Made by a program: the position numbers and the translations under genes. 64,000 nt of DNA from Octopus sinensis (Eukaryota). The notes beneath the pieces are model-generated. The model was not told where the DNA came from. It ran no database searches and saw only the letters and a program-made list of their open reading frames with translations. Below, piece by piece: positions 36,480 through 48,593 of this stretch; the stretch's first letter is position 1; each line of letters begins with the position of its first letter. The stretch covers positions 7,440,001-7,504,000 of the forward strand of contig NC_043011.1 of the NCBI RefSeq assembly GCF_006345805.1, read 5' to 3'.

Positions 36480-37095
36480 AATCTCTCTCTCTGAAGTTGT
36501 CTTCAGTGTATGGCAGGTTTGGAAGCCTTCAACTAACACTATCTCCTCCGAGACCCTATGGCGCAAGTTGACCAAAATTGAGAGTATGATAGAAGAAGGC
36601 TTGCTCTTCCCTCCGTAGAAGAAAAAATGGCAATGTTGCGTTATAACTGAAATTTTTTACTCGGTGTATGTATCTATGTATGTGTGCGTGTATGTATGTG
36701 TGTATGTATGTATGTGTGTGTGTATGTATGTATGGTCGATTCAGTGTAATTTTTAACTCGGTGTATGTGTATATGTATGTCTGCATGTATGTGTGTGTGT
36801 GTGTGTATGTATGTGTGTATGTATGTATGGCCGATTCAGTGTTTACATTTTTACGGAAATCGACAATCGACGGAAACGTGTGCTACTACAAACGAAACAT
36901 TGCCGAAAAAATTCAAATCGGACCATGTTAACACCAAAAAGGTGCTTTTTTTTCTATGAAAATCCCTATTTTTTACGATTTTTCGGTGTATTTCAACCAG
37001 AAAAATGTTCACTTAAAGAGAATAACAACCTACATAATGCAAAATTTTTACTTTTCAAAAATTCCCATCCTAAAGGGTCGAAACAAACTGCTAAT
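36480..37095 (+). mobile_element. Non-autonomous Helitron (same family as 2717-3097)
   Basis: Long shared blocks, e.g. ccttcaactaacactatctcc...gcaagttgaccaaaattgagagtatgatagaaga. The 3' end is degenerate (ctgctaa). Confidence 0.75.
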
Positions 37096-37118
37096 TATAG
37101 AATAAGAAACAAACTTAC

Positions 37119-37145
37119 CACAACAAGAACCGCCAACCGTGACAT
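37119..37145 (-). other. SKA3: Probable non-coding first exon of SKA3
   Basis: TGTG|GTAAGT donor at 37118-37113, directly downstream of the CHR element. The start is not defined. Confidence 0.5.
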
Positions 37146-37183
37146 TCAAATCCAGCGCGCTGTCTGACGTCACTGTGACGTAA
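37145..37183 (-). promoter_or_regulatory. CDE/CHR tandem element plus CRE sites (SKA3 promoter)
   Basis: Minus strand GCGCGC-TGGA-TTTGAA (37160-37145); TGACGTCA at 37165-37172 and TGACGTAA at 37176-37183. Confidence 0.65.
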
Positions 37184-38350
37184 TGCTTACCTGGCAACGG
37201 TCGGGTTTTTATATTTTGTAAGTTTAGTTTATGTTTAACGTAGAAAGCTTTAAAATATTAATTAGAAATAATTATGATGAGGAGATTAAATGGAAAACAC
37301 AAAAAAAATAAATAAATGGTTTTTAGTTTAATTTTCCCGGCAATAAAAGGAAGTTGGGAGAAAATGTATCATCACGTGACTATAGTCTACTTCCGGCGGT
37401 GTCCAATTATCCTGACAGCCAGGTACTGGAAGTGCCCCGGATTTCTGGAAACAGGCGAAATATTTTTAGAATATAAAATAATTCATAAAAAGGAAAGAAC
37501 TTAATTATATTCAAAAGATTCAAATCAATACAGTTCCAAAACAGGACCTATTTGATATTTATCGATCCGTTTAAAATTCATAAAATATATCATACAATTA
37601 CAATGTATGTTCATAAGATGAAAGTTGAGAGAAAAAGACTAAAGGATATGATTTTATTTAACAGATACCGATACAAGTTCATACAATTCTTACTTAGAAA
37701 AGAACAAAACAATTTATAATACACCGTTTGCAAACTAACTAACTTCAAAAACAGGGTCTCTTAATACGAGGTACAATATATATATATATATTTATATTTA
37801 TATATATATATATATATGGCACGGAATAGTATTTCTGGAAGCCGGATTAGACGTCAAGCACGGCATAATAATGTCTAAACATTTCCACTAGATGTACAAG
37901 TTGATACAGATTTACATGGTTCTTCATTACTAAATTTTTTTGTCTACCCCAGAACAGTACAAGGCAGAACTGTCGCCCACTGGATTTGAACACAGAATAT
38001 AAAGGGAAACAACTCATTATGGCTATTGTATACTGGATATAACTACAGTTTAGCGCCCCACTTTCCCCGACTTACTTTTCGTGTTTGGAATGTTCATTTG
38101 AAATGAAAAGTTTAGATAAGACTCGTTTTCGAGGGTGTAGATGATGAATGCATCGATAACAACTTTCTTTTTTTCTTTTCGATGAGTTTTGTATTATTTT
38201 CACTCGCCTCGTGGTTTTGTTTCTTCTTACTTCTATTTAAACTGCATATTTTTAAACGACATTTTGCAAAAATAAGTTTTCGAGAATCTGTATTAGGTAA
38301 TGCTGATGTTTCATGCATGCATGCATACATACATATACATACATACATTC

Positions 38351-38414
<64 letters not shown>

Positions 38415-39198
38415 TACATACATACATACATACATACATACATACATACATACATACGCACATACACATACGTACGTACGTACGTGCCTACATACATACA
38501 TACCGCTGTGGCTCGTAGATAAAATTAGTGGGGTGGTGCTGCTTCAGAAAATTTTTTAGCTGTTGTTTTAATATTGTGTCAAAGGAAACAAACATATAAA
38601 AAGATTATTTATTTGTAGTACTTGACCGGTTCGCGTTTTAGCCGCTGCGGGGCAGTTTCTTTTAATTTGTTCACTGAACACCGCCGCGAATTCCCCCTTG
38701 TTTTCCAAAAATCCACCCTAAATCACAAAATAAGCGGGGAACATCTGCCCTATTTTACAAATCCTGACAGCAACACTGAAGCTGGAAGCAGGATAATAAT
38801 CTAATTCTACACTTTATCACATTCAAAAATATAAACATGTTTTTAAGCACAACACATGCAGAGTCAAAAGGAAACACTACTTTTCACCAGCGCTGCGTGA
38901 ACGACAGTGCTGACTCTCCCTAGCGCGAAGCTTCCTGCCTCGGACATGTGAGTATGCACACAACAACCAAACACCGCGTCGCTGGAACTATGAAGCACAG
39001 TTCTATACAAGGAATTTTGTATATTTTTTTTCATAAACTAGGCGATGGCTACTGACATTAAGCTTCAGGATTATATAATGTACAAGCACAAAGAAAGAAT
39101 TAAAGAAAAAAGGACTCATTATATTGAATGTTATCGATAACATTGAGCGGAAATAGGGGATGCTGCAGTTCCACAGAGCCTATACACGAGCTGCCACT

Positions 39199-39239
<41 letters not shown>

Positions 39240-39817
39240 TAAACAGAATTAGCGGTTATAATAACCGACTAAGGGATAAAATATCCGTATGTACTATCGG
39301 TGTCCGTTACCCGTGCTATCCTCGGGCGTCGGTGTGCAGGCACACCATACATGTGGAGTGCAGGTAACAACAGGTTAAATAAGAGTTTATCAGGAGCCAA
39401 TGCAAATAATCGGAAAATTGAGTAAACCTCAGATTAACAAACACATCGATTGGACCACATTTATAGCTTATTTTTTAATATACAAAGCATGACATAATAA
39501 ATAAGTGACGTAACCAATCTTAGGGCGTTTCCGCATCCATTTCCAGGGGCTGTCTATAAATAATTACGAAAATAAAATTCTCCCTCTTTATAGGGCTTTC
39601 GAATTAAGGCACGGAGTTTCATCTGAGTAAAAAACCAAGAGCATACGATATAAACAAAGGGAAAGAAAACATGGCCTAGACTAAAAGTCTAGAAGCCCAA
39701 TACGTTAAGAGCATATAATTTACCATCTTGGGGCTACGAGGTGCGTAGATAAAAGAGTGAGCTCTTTATGGACGTGGAACCTAAGATAATCCCATAAACC
39801 GGCCGTATTTAACTTTA

Positions 39818-39868
<51 letters not shown>

Positions 39869-39869
<1 letters not shown>

Positions 39870-41117
39870 CAGGTCATCCCATAAGTTCTGTCCGAATTTT
39901 GAATAAAGAAAACAAGTGATCAAATGTTATACTTAATTAAAATTTAATCATCAATGTACTTTCCCTGATTATCCATGACTTCCTTCCATTTATTTACAAG
40001 CTTTTAAATCCCATCAATGTAAAACTCTTTTGGTTTCAAAGCGAAGAACTCTGAAATGTCAGTTTCGACCTCCTCCTGGCTTGCGAAAGTTATGTCCCCC
40101 AAATAATTCTGTTAACTACGAAACAAATGGTAGTCTGAAGGAGAATAAGGTGGATGAGGATTTTTTTCCCAACCAATCTCTTCGATCTTCTGTGACGAGA
40201 TCTTTGCAGTGTGGGGTCGTGCATTGTCCTGATGAAACATCACTCCTTTTCGATTCACTAAAACGGGTCTTTTTTTCTTCAAAGCTTAGTTCAAACGCTT
40301 TAATTGCCGACAGAAGACTTGAGCATTGATTGTTGCATTAGGTGGTAACAATTCAAAGTGAATTACTTCTTAGCAATCCCACCAGATAGAGAGAAGAACC
40401 TTTTTTCCATGACGTTCCCTTCTTGATTGTGGTTGAGCTTTTTCCCTTTTACCAAGCCACTGTTTACGATGTTTAACATTTCGATAGAAGATCCATTGTT
40501 CGTCACCAGTCACAAGTCTATTCAAAAAGGGTGAAATGATTTTGCGAGAATGGAGAGAAGAGCAGATGTCAACTTGGGATTTGCGGTTGCTTTCGAACAA
40601 TTCATGAAGCACCCATTTTTCAAGTTTAGGAACCTTTACAAGTTGTTGAAGATGACGATGGACAGTTGTATGGTTTGAACGAAGCATTATTGCTAAAAGT
40701 AGGATTTTCTTCAAGTAATGCCTCACGGAGCTTATCATCAAACTCAACTGGACGTCCTGTTCGATCTTCACCTTCAAGGCTGAAATCTCCACTTCTGAAT
40801 TTTACAAACCATCTTCTGCAAGTTCTTTCATTTAAGCATTCTTTCCCATAAACTGAATGGTTGTTTCAATTCGCTTCGGCTGCAGAGTTTCCTTTTTTGT
40901 ACTCATAAAGCATTATGTGCCTTAAATGCTCTTTGGATACTTCCATGTTAGAAAGGGTTTTAATCAAAGAAATTTTAAGTCTATTATTCTGTAAAATAAT
41001 ACTTAATTAGTCTAAATGTACACAAATACATAAAAATAATTTTTAATTCCATTAGACATTCTAAAATACTATTAAGTTTCATTTAATTTTAAAGAAGGTA
41101 AAATCGGACAGAACTTA
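39869..41117 (-). mobile_element. Mariner (SETMAR-type domains) with defective transposase
   Basis: ATG at 40946 (MEVSKEHLRHIMLYEYKKG), LVTGDEQWIFYRN, KKVLLSIWWDC. TIR core taagttctgtccga at both ends; the outer part of the TIR near 41117 is missing. Confidence 0.9.
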
Positions 41118-41139
41118 CGTACACTTTGGTCTCATATAT

Positions 41140-43790
41140 ATATGCATAGCACTCGTGGAAACTCACCTCAGCCCTGATATAAAGGATGCAGAAGTATACG
41201 TACCAAACTATGCCATACTGCAAACAGACAGAAGGGAAAGGAGCCATTGTGGAATTGCTGTATACATCCGTGATGACCTCATACCCCAGGTCTTACTGTC
41301 ATACTCAAATTCGGTATGTGACACTCTAATTGTATGCATAAGACAACATAATATAGTCATATGCAATACATATTGCCCACCGGATCCCCCAAACCACAAA
41401 GACAAGTTTGAAGATTACTTCACAAGAATGAAAGAAATCCTCATGAAACTGGAACACCAGGTGACCATATTTCTTATGGGTGATTTCAACTTCCCCAACG
41501 TCAAATGGCCCGAAGGTCTCATACTCTCAGGAATGAATCATTGCAAGCAAGTACAGGTCGAGTCCATACTCAACCTCATCAATGCCTTATTCATGGAGCG
41601 AGTTGTACTCAAGCCTACTAGGGCGAATAACATTCTGGATCTCTGTTTCACGAACAATATGGACATCATTCATGATGTGAAAGTGACACCGACATTAGTC
41701 TCGGATCACAACATAATAGAGCTCTCTATGTTTGGGCCAAAAGTAACCAGAGACATACAGCCCAAAGGAAGCACCTGAAATCTCTCCAATCTGAACTTCC
41801 ACAAAGCAGATTGGAAATCGATCCAAAAAGAGATCCTCAGACAGGACTGGCCGAAATGTCTCTCCACACCAAATGTTTCATGTCTTCTGTGCTAGCCATA
41901 TGCCAGAAATATGTCCCAGAGCACAAGGCCAAAACAAATAGGAGCAAGATTCCAAGAGAGAGGAAGATCCTCATGAGACGACGGACGAAGGTTGCAAATC
42001 GACTCAACCAACATCCCAAAAGCAGCGAAACGTCCCGCCTAAAAACAACACTGATGGAGATCGAAAAAAGGCTACAACAATCCTATGTGAGGGAGAAAGC
42101 AGACAAAGAAGCCTGGGTTATAAAAACATTAAATCAAACCCAAAGGCCTTCTTTCATTACACGAAAGAAACAGTCTCAGTACACTACAAGATAGGACCCC
42201 TCCTCCAAAAGGATGGCTCCCTCACAGACAGTCCAACTAAGATCAGTGAGATACTGAATGACCAGTTCAAAAGAGTCTTTACCACCCGTTGGAACACAGA
42301 CAAGTGAACGAACCAGTGGACTCCTTTGCCGCCTCCCTATAACCAGCAAGGTAGTTACAATGGAATACATTGACATTAGCGAAGAAGATATACTATTAGC
42401 CATAGATGAAGTGGACACAAACTCAACTGCTGGTCCTGATAGTTTCCCAGCAATCCTCCTCAAAGTGTGAAAGCATGCCCTGGCAAGACCCCTCAAGATT
42501 CTCTTCCAGAGCTTTCTTACAAATGGCAAACTGCCAAGCAAGCTGAAGGAGGGAATAATATGCCCAATACATAAAGGGGGAAGTAGAGCAGAAGTCAAAA
42601 GCTAAAGGCCTATCTCTCTGACTTCACACATCAGCAAAGTCATGGAACGGATAGTCAGAGGGAAACTAATCGAATTCCTTGAAGAAAATAACTTGCTGAG
42701 TGATACCCAACATGGTTTTCGACCAGGTAGGAACTGCCTGACCCAGCTCTTACAACATTATGACTGGGTGTTGAGGCAGTTACTCAACAAATCAAATGTG
42801 GACGTAATCTACCTTGATTTTGCAAAAGCTTTTGGCAAGGTGGATCATGGTATGATATGCCCCAAACAGCGTGACCTTGGCATAGCTGGAAAACTTGGAG
42901 AGTGGTTACATGACTTCCTGAAAGATAGGAGTCAGGCAGTAGTGGCTAATGGAACCACCTCTATGAACACACAAATAGTGAGCGATGTTCCACAGGGCAC
43001 TGTCTTGGGACCGCTGCTTTTTATAGTGGCCCTCTCAGATATGCCCTCAAATGCCCGGATAGCCACTCTGGCAAGCTATGCAGACGAAACGAAAGTCTCG
43101 CAGAAAATACAGAACCCCAGCGATGTTGCACACCTGCAGCAGGAGTTGGACTCAATTTACAGATGGGCTGAGGATAATAATATGCAGTTTAATGCTGAAA
43201 AATTCCAGGCCCTGCGATACCAGCATCCAAAACTGAATATTAAACTTATAGGATACACCGGTCCACAGGGAATTTCAATCCCAGAGCCTAAGTCAGTGAG
43301 GGACCTGGGTATCGACATGAGTGATGATACCACTTTCCAAGTGCACATTACCAGGATGGCGACCGGCTGGATGGATCCTAAGAACATTCAGAACCAGAGA
43401 TAAGGAAACCATGATGGTCCTCTGGCGGACATTCGTCCTCAGCCGCCTGGATTACTGCTCACAGCTATGGTCACCCATCAGAGTGAAATTAACAGCGGAC
43501 CTTGAAGCAATCCAGAGAAGATTCACAAAGAAGATCATCTCTTTGCAACTGCTCAGCTACTGGGAAAGGTTGAAACAGCTAAGGCTCTACTCCCTGGAGA
43601 GAAGACGGGAGAGGTATGCAGTAATATATATCTGGAAGATCCTGGAAGGAATTGTGCCAAATTTTGGCATTGAAAGCTACAACAATGCCAGAATAGGACG
43701 ACACTGCATAGTGCCAAAGATCCTAGCAATGCCATACGCTTCAGGACCAGTTACTGCAAGCCTGAGTTTCAGGGGACCACAGTTTTTAAA
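41140..43790 (+). mobile_element. CR1-like LINE ORF2 pseudogene (APE endonuclease plus RT)
   Basis: ETHL, MGDFNFP, NILDLCFTN, SDHNII; PISLTSHISKVMERIV, QHGFRPGRNCLTQLL, YLDFAKAF, VPQGTVLGPLLF, YADE (for YADD), LYSLERRRERY. Several stops and frameshifts. Confidence 0.9.
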
Positions 43791-44036
43791 TAATATATAT
43801 ATATATATATAATAAATATTAGGGAATAAATCCAAATTTACAGGGAAAAATCAGATTTAGGATTAAATCCAATTTATAGTAAAATATTATAATAATTAAT
43901 TCGGACAAAACCACTATTTTGCAAATCAACAAGGAAAGACTTAATCAATACATAAAAAATTTTAATATAAAGTAAAAAAAAAACGCCACTACAATTATGA
44001 ACTTCATAAATTAAAACTGATTAGAAGATCGGAAAT

Positions 44037-44079
44037 CCACCTGACGAAGTCATTTGAAGACATGAAACAATTGTAGTGG
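44037..44079 (+). ncRNA. Minimal type I hammerhead ribozyme motif
   Basis: CCAC-CUGACGA-AGUCAUUUGAAGACAU-GAAA-C-AAUU-G-UA-GUGG: stem I CCAC/GUGG, intact core, GUA cleavage triplet, imperfect stem II. Confidence 0.6.
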
Positions 44080-44172
44080 CGGTTTATTTACTTTATATTA
44101 AAATTTTTTATGTATTGATTAAGTCTTTCCTTGTTTGATTTGCAAAATAGTGGTTTTGTCTCGAATTAATAT

Positions 44173-44203
<31 letters not shown>

Positions 44204-44824
44204 ATACTAGAAGAAATAAGGTGCTCAGAAATTCGGATGGTTTTATATTTACAGATATTTATTTGTATATTACATGTTTTTATAGATCATATAACTTAGA
44301 TCATATATTAGCGCTTTCTCCCATTCTAGTGGGTGTTTCAAATCGAACTAAGTTCCTGTGTGAAAAGTTTTGACCATTTTATAGTGTTATTGAGTTTGTA
44401 GTGGTGTGGAGGGACATAAGACAGTACAAGAGGGTGATGGATGAGGAGAAAGTGAGAGAGTGAGCATGTGGTGGTGTGTGTGTGTGTGTGTGTGTGTTTT
44501 TGTATTTGGAAGAAGTGTTAAAGAAAAAGAGGGGAAGGGAGAGGGAAGAAAAATTGTTTCGCTGGTCAGGTTGTTTACTCCAAGTGGGGTCTAAGATCTT
44601 CGGGAAAAGAATTTAAGTTTTGACCATTTTATAGTGTTATTGAGTGTGTAGTGGCGGGGAGGGACATAAGAAAGTAGAAGAGGGTGGTGAATGGAGAGAA
44701 AGTGAGTGAGAGGGAGAGAGAGAGAGCATGTGTGTGTGTATGTTTTTGTATCTGGAGGGAATGTTAGAAAAGAAGAAGATAAGGAAGGAAGGGGAGGGAA
44801 GGCAAACCATAAATTATATTTCCT

Positions 44825-44924
44825 NNNNNNNNNNNNNNNNNNNNNNNNNNNNNNNNNNNNNNNNNNNNNNNNNNNNNNNNNNNNNNNNNNNNNNNNNNNN
44901 NNNNNNNNNNNNNNNNNNNNNNNN
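44825..44924. other. Assembly gap (100 N)
   Basis: 100 consecutive N; true size unknown. Confidence 1.
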
Positions 44925-45086
44925 GGCGCAAATTTTTTAGCTTGATGTAAGAGAGAATTGCTAAACACACCCGCTCCTTTAAATTTTAATCCCTTTCCAG
45001 CCCCTTTATATACCCCTTTTCACCTTTGGTTAATATAACCGATGTCATTTGGGTCTACTGGGGCCACATTTTATAAGATGAGGACT

Positions 45087-45277
45087 CAACCAAGTTTCCC
45101 AAGTTCTGGTAATAGACCATAGAAACTCAACCAAGTTTCCCGATTTCTGGTCATAGACCATAGAACAGTCAAGCAAGTTTCCCGATTTCTGGTCATAGGC
45201 CATGAACACTCACCAAGTTTCCCGAGTTCTGGTCATAGACCATAGAACACTAAACCAAGTTTCCCGAGTTCTGGTCA
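45087..45277 (+). repeat. Minisatellite, unit of about 41 bp, about 5 copies
   Basis: ccaagtttcccgatttctggtcatagaccatagaacact repeated with no unique spacers. Confidence 0.9.
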
Positions 45278-45684
45278 TTTGCAGATAATAGAGACGGCGC
45301 GGTGGCAGGCAGACGTCGTTGCAATGTAAACATGATTTGTTATAAGAGAAAGATTGTCCAGATTGTGTGTTGGTGGTGTTGGTGGTGGCGATGATAATTA
45401 TCATTAGGAAAAAGAGTGAGTGAGTGAGGAAGACATACATAAGTTGTGGCGATGATAATTGTAGACCCCTTTTCACATTTTGATGAAGAGAACCGATTTC
45501 ATTCTGGTGTACTGGTGTCACATATAGGTGTTGTTTGTGTGGTGTGTGTTGTGGTTGTGTGTGTGTGTGTGTGTGTTGTGCACGCTGTAGAAATTAAATT
45601 AGAGATAAAACCACTAATAGGGAAATGAAACAGTAAAGAACCAAAAACAAAAACATAAAAAAGAAATATAATATTAGATATATG

Positions 45685-45715
<31 letters not shown>

Positions 45716-46149
45716 TTGACAGGTAGACAATAGAATGCGATGGCGATGGGGATGGCTATGTAATATTTGTTACTGTCCATGAACGCTGATAGATACATGA
45801 GTAAAATGTATAGGAAGGTAAGCGATAAGAGTGAGTGAAAATGTTCTTGGAAGAGAGTAAATAGCGACAGAGTGATTTGAGAAGACTTTACATTAAATAA
45901 CGGTAGTTGCATTGTCAAATGAAGAGGATTGAGAGAGTACTGGAGGAAATAGGGTGAGGTAGGAAGATGGCCCCTAGCAACCACACCTTTTAAGATAGGG
46001 ATTTCTAGGTAGCCCACGCGCATCGTCACCTCATTCTACATGTCCCTGTAATTTTGGAGCGAATCGGACGGGATGTAGTGGCATTGAAAAGCGAACCAAG
46101 CGGTAAAACGCAATTCAGTTTTTATAGATAGATATATATATATATAATG

Positions 46150-46199
<50 letters not shown>

Positions 46200-46230
46200 T
46201 TTGTGTTGTATATATTTATTATATATGTAG

Positions 46231-46268
<38 letters not shown>

Positions 46269-46363
46269 CATGCATATATTGGTACAAGACGGCACCGCCG
46301 GTGCAAATAACATGAAGTACGTAAACAAGCGAGGGAAAAGCGAGATAGATGTATGGAGGGAGG

Positions 46364-46428
<65 letters not shown>

Positions 46429-46807
46429 CAGTACTTGGTTGGTATTCATTTTTAGCTGAGTAAATTTGACCAACGTTATATGAAGGGCCCCACTCATTCA
46501 AGCTCACAAAGCCCCCCCCCTCCCAGGTCCAGGAATAGAACTCGACGCATTGCGATCGGGATCCAAACACCTCTAACCGCTTGACCACTTGACCACTTCA
46601 CCTCATCTAAACCAAATACAATATTTTAATTTTAAACACGTTTTCTCAAAATCCGCTGGGGTCGACTTTGATATTTGCACCTTTTCGGGGTCGATAAATC
46701 CTAGTGCCAGTCTATTGCTGTGGTCGATGTAATCGACTAGACCCTTTTCCCTTCAATTTCAGACCTTGTGCCTATAGTAGAAAACATTTTAAACACATTA
46801 AAAAAAA

Positions 46808-46962
46808 AGTGGCTGTGTGGTAAGTAGCTTGTTTACCAACCACATGGTTCCGGGTTCAGTCCTACTGCGTGGCACCTTGGGCAAGTGTCTTCTACTATAG
46901 CCTCGGGCTGACCAAAGCCTTGTGAGTGGATTTGGTAGACGGAAACTGAAAGAAGCCTGTCG

Positions 46963-47047
<85 letters not shown>

Positions 47048-47240
47048 TGTGTCTGCGTTTGTCCCTCTAGCATTGCTTGACAACCGATGCTGGTGTGTTT
47101 ACGTCCCCGTCACTTAGCGGTTCGGCAAAAGAGACCGATAAAATAAGTACTGGGCTTACAAAGAATAAGCCCCGGGGTCGATTTGCTCGACTAAAGGCGG
47201 TGCTCCAGCATGGCCGCAGTCTGAAACAAGTAAAAAAAAA
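46808..47240 (+). mobile_element. SINE family A, full length
   Basis: Full consensus. Confidence 0.9.
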
Positions 47241-47367
47241 TAATAAATAAATAAATTCATCGTTGAGCTGAAAGTCTGAGAAGGCCATTGTGTTATCCGT
47301 AAGCAGAAACTTGACCGATATTCCGCTAAGATTCAATATAATTTCATTAAAAAATCCTCAAATTAGT

Positions 47368-47660
47368 GGAGGCACAAATTAGGGCAGCGGACTCGCGGTC
47401 AGAAGATCGCGGTTTCGATTCCCAGACCAGGTCGTTGTGTGTGTTTATTGAGCGAAAACACCTAAAAGCTCCACGATGCTCCGGCAGGGGGTGGTAATGA
47501 CCCCTGTTGTACTCTTTCGCCTCAACTTTCTCTCACTCTTTCTTCCTGTTTCTTGAGTAACGCTGCGATGGACCGGTGTCCTGTCCAGCTGGGGGGAACA
47601 CATACGCCACAGAAACCGGGAAACCGGGCCCATGAGCTTGGCTAAGCTCGAAAGGGGCGC
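47368..47660 (+). mobile_element. SINE family D head with an alternative tail
   Basis: gtggaggc...ttagggcagcggactcgcggtc...gtttcgattcccagacc head, shared with 57241-57624. Confidence 0.75.
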
Positions 47661-48593
47661 ATAGATAAATATATATATATATATATATATAAATTAACAT
47701 GGCTGTGTGGTAAGAAGTTTGCTCCTAACCACATGGTTCCGGGTTCATTTCCACTACATGGCACCTTGGGCAAGTGTCTCCCACTATAGCCTCGAGTCGA
47801 CCAAAGCCTTGTGAGCGGATTTGGTAGATGGAAACTGAAAGAAGCCCGTCGTATAGAGCGAGAAACGCGTCTAGGAATCGGATAAAGGGCAGCACTAGGC
47901 AGATCTGGTGTTTTAACACCTTTTCCCATAAGAAAGATTGTTTTTTTCTCCATGGTAACTGCAGTGAATTTGACTTTAGAAGCTGATATATGTCGCCAAC
48001 ATTTTAACTCACCTAAAATTCGCTCATATACATACATACATACATACATACATACATGGTGGCTGCCCCCTCGTTATCGAGTATGGCCATTGCACGAAGC
48101 TTAATCAATGTTGTTATCGTGCAATGCCTGTGCAAGATTTTTTTTAAAGTGAGGAAAGTCTATGCACTGAGTCAATCCCACTCACTAAGCAACAGCAGCC
48201 ATAATCCGAAAAGAAGAACAAGCCAACATCATCGGTAACCACTGAGCTGCAGGTTTTATGTCGGAGTTATCCCAGTTACCTGAGTTACCTTCTCCTAGAA
48301 GGATGCCCTAACAAAGGCTAGGAGTCCTTCACTCCCAATGGTTTAACCGCGCGATCGGGTATTCAGTCCGATTATGATACAGCCTTAAGACATTTATTGG
48401 ATGACCGTTGACTCTCAAGAGCTCCTCCGCCCTTTGACGAGTTTTGTTTTTCATCCAGCAGGGTGACCAATAAACACCTTCCTCACCAAGCAAGCTTAGT
48501 GGGGTTGCGGTTTAATCGCCGGCGACCCGACCATGCAACAGGTTGTACTAGGTTATATGTTACCAGTAGCACTCGAAAGTGACCTGACATAAA

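Noticed and set aside
38076-38300. Coding exon on the minus strand ending at an A|GTAAGT donor
   Set aside because: The frame reaching the donor has a stop just upstream with no good acceptor, and the other frame has no recognisable homology.
44591-44970. ORFs crossing the N run
   Set aside because: They are open only because of the 100-N gap.
45087-45277. CRISPR-like repeat of about 41 bp
   Set aside because: The units are contiguous with no variable spacers; it is an ordinary minisatellite.
45499-46029. 176-aa minus-strand ORF
   Set aside because: It spans CA/TA repeats and has no splice-bounded, recognisable segment.
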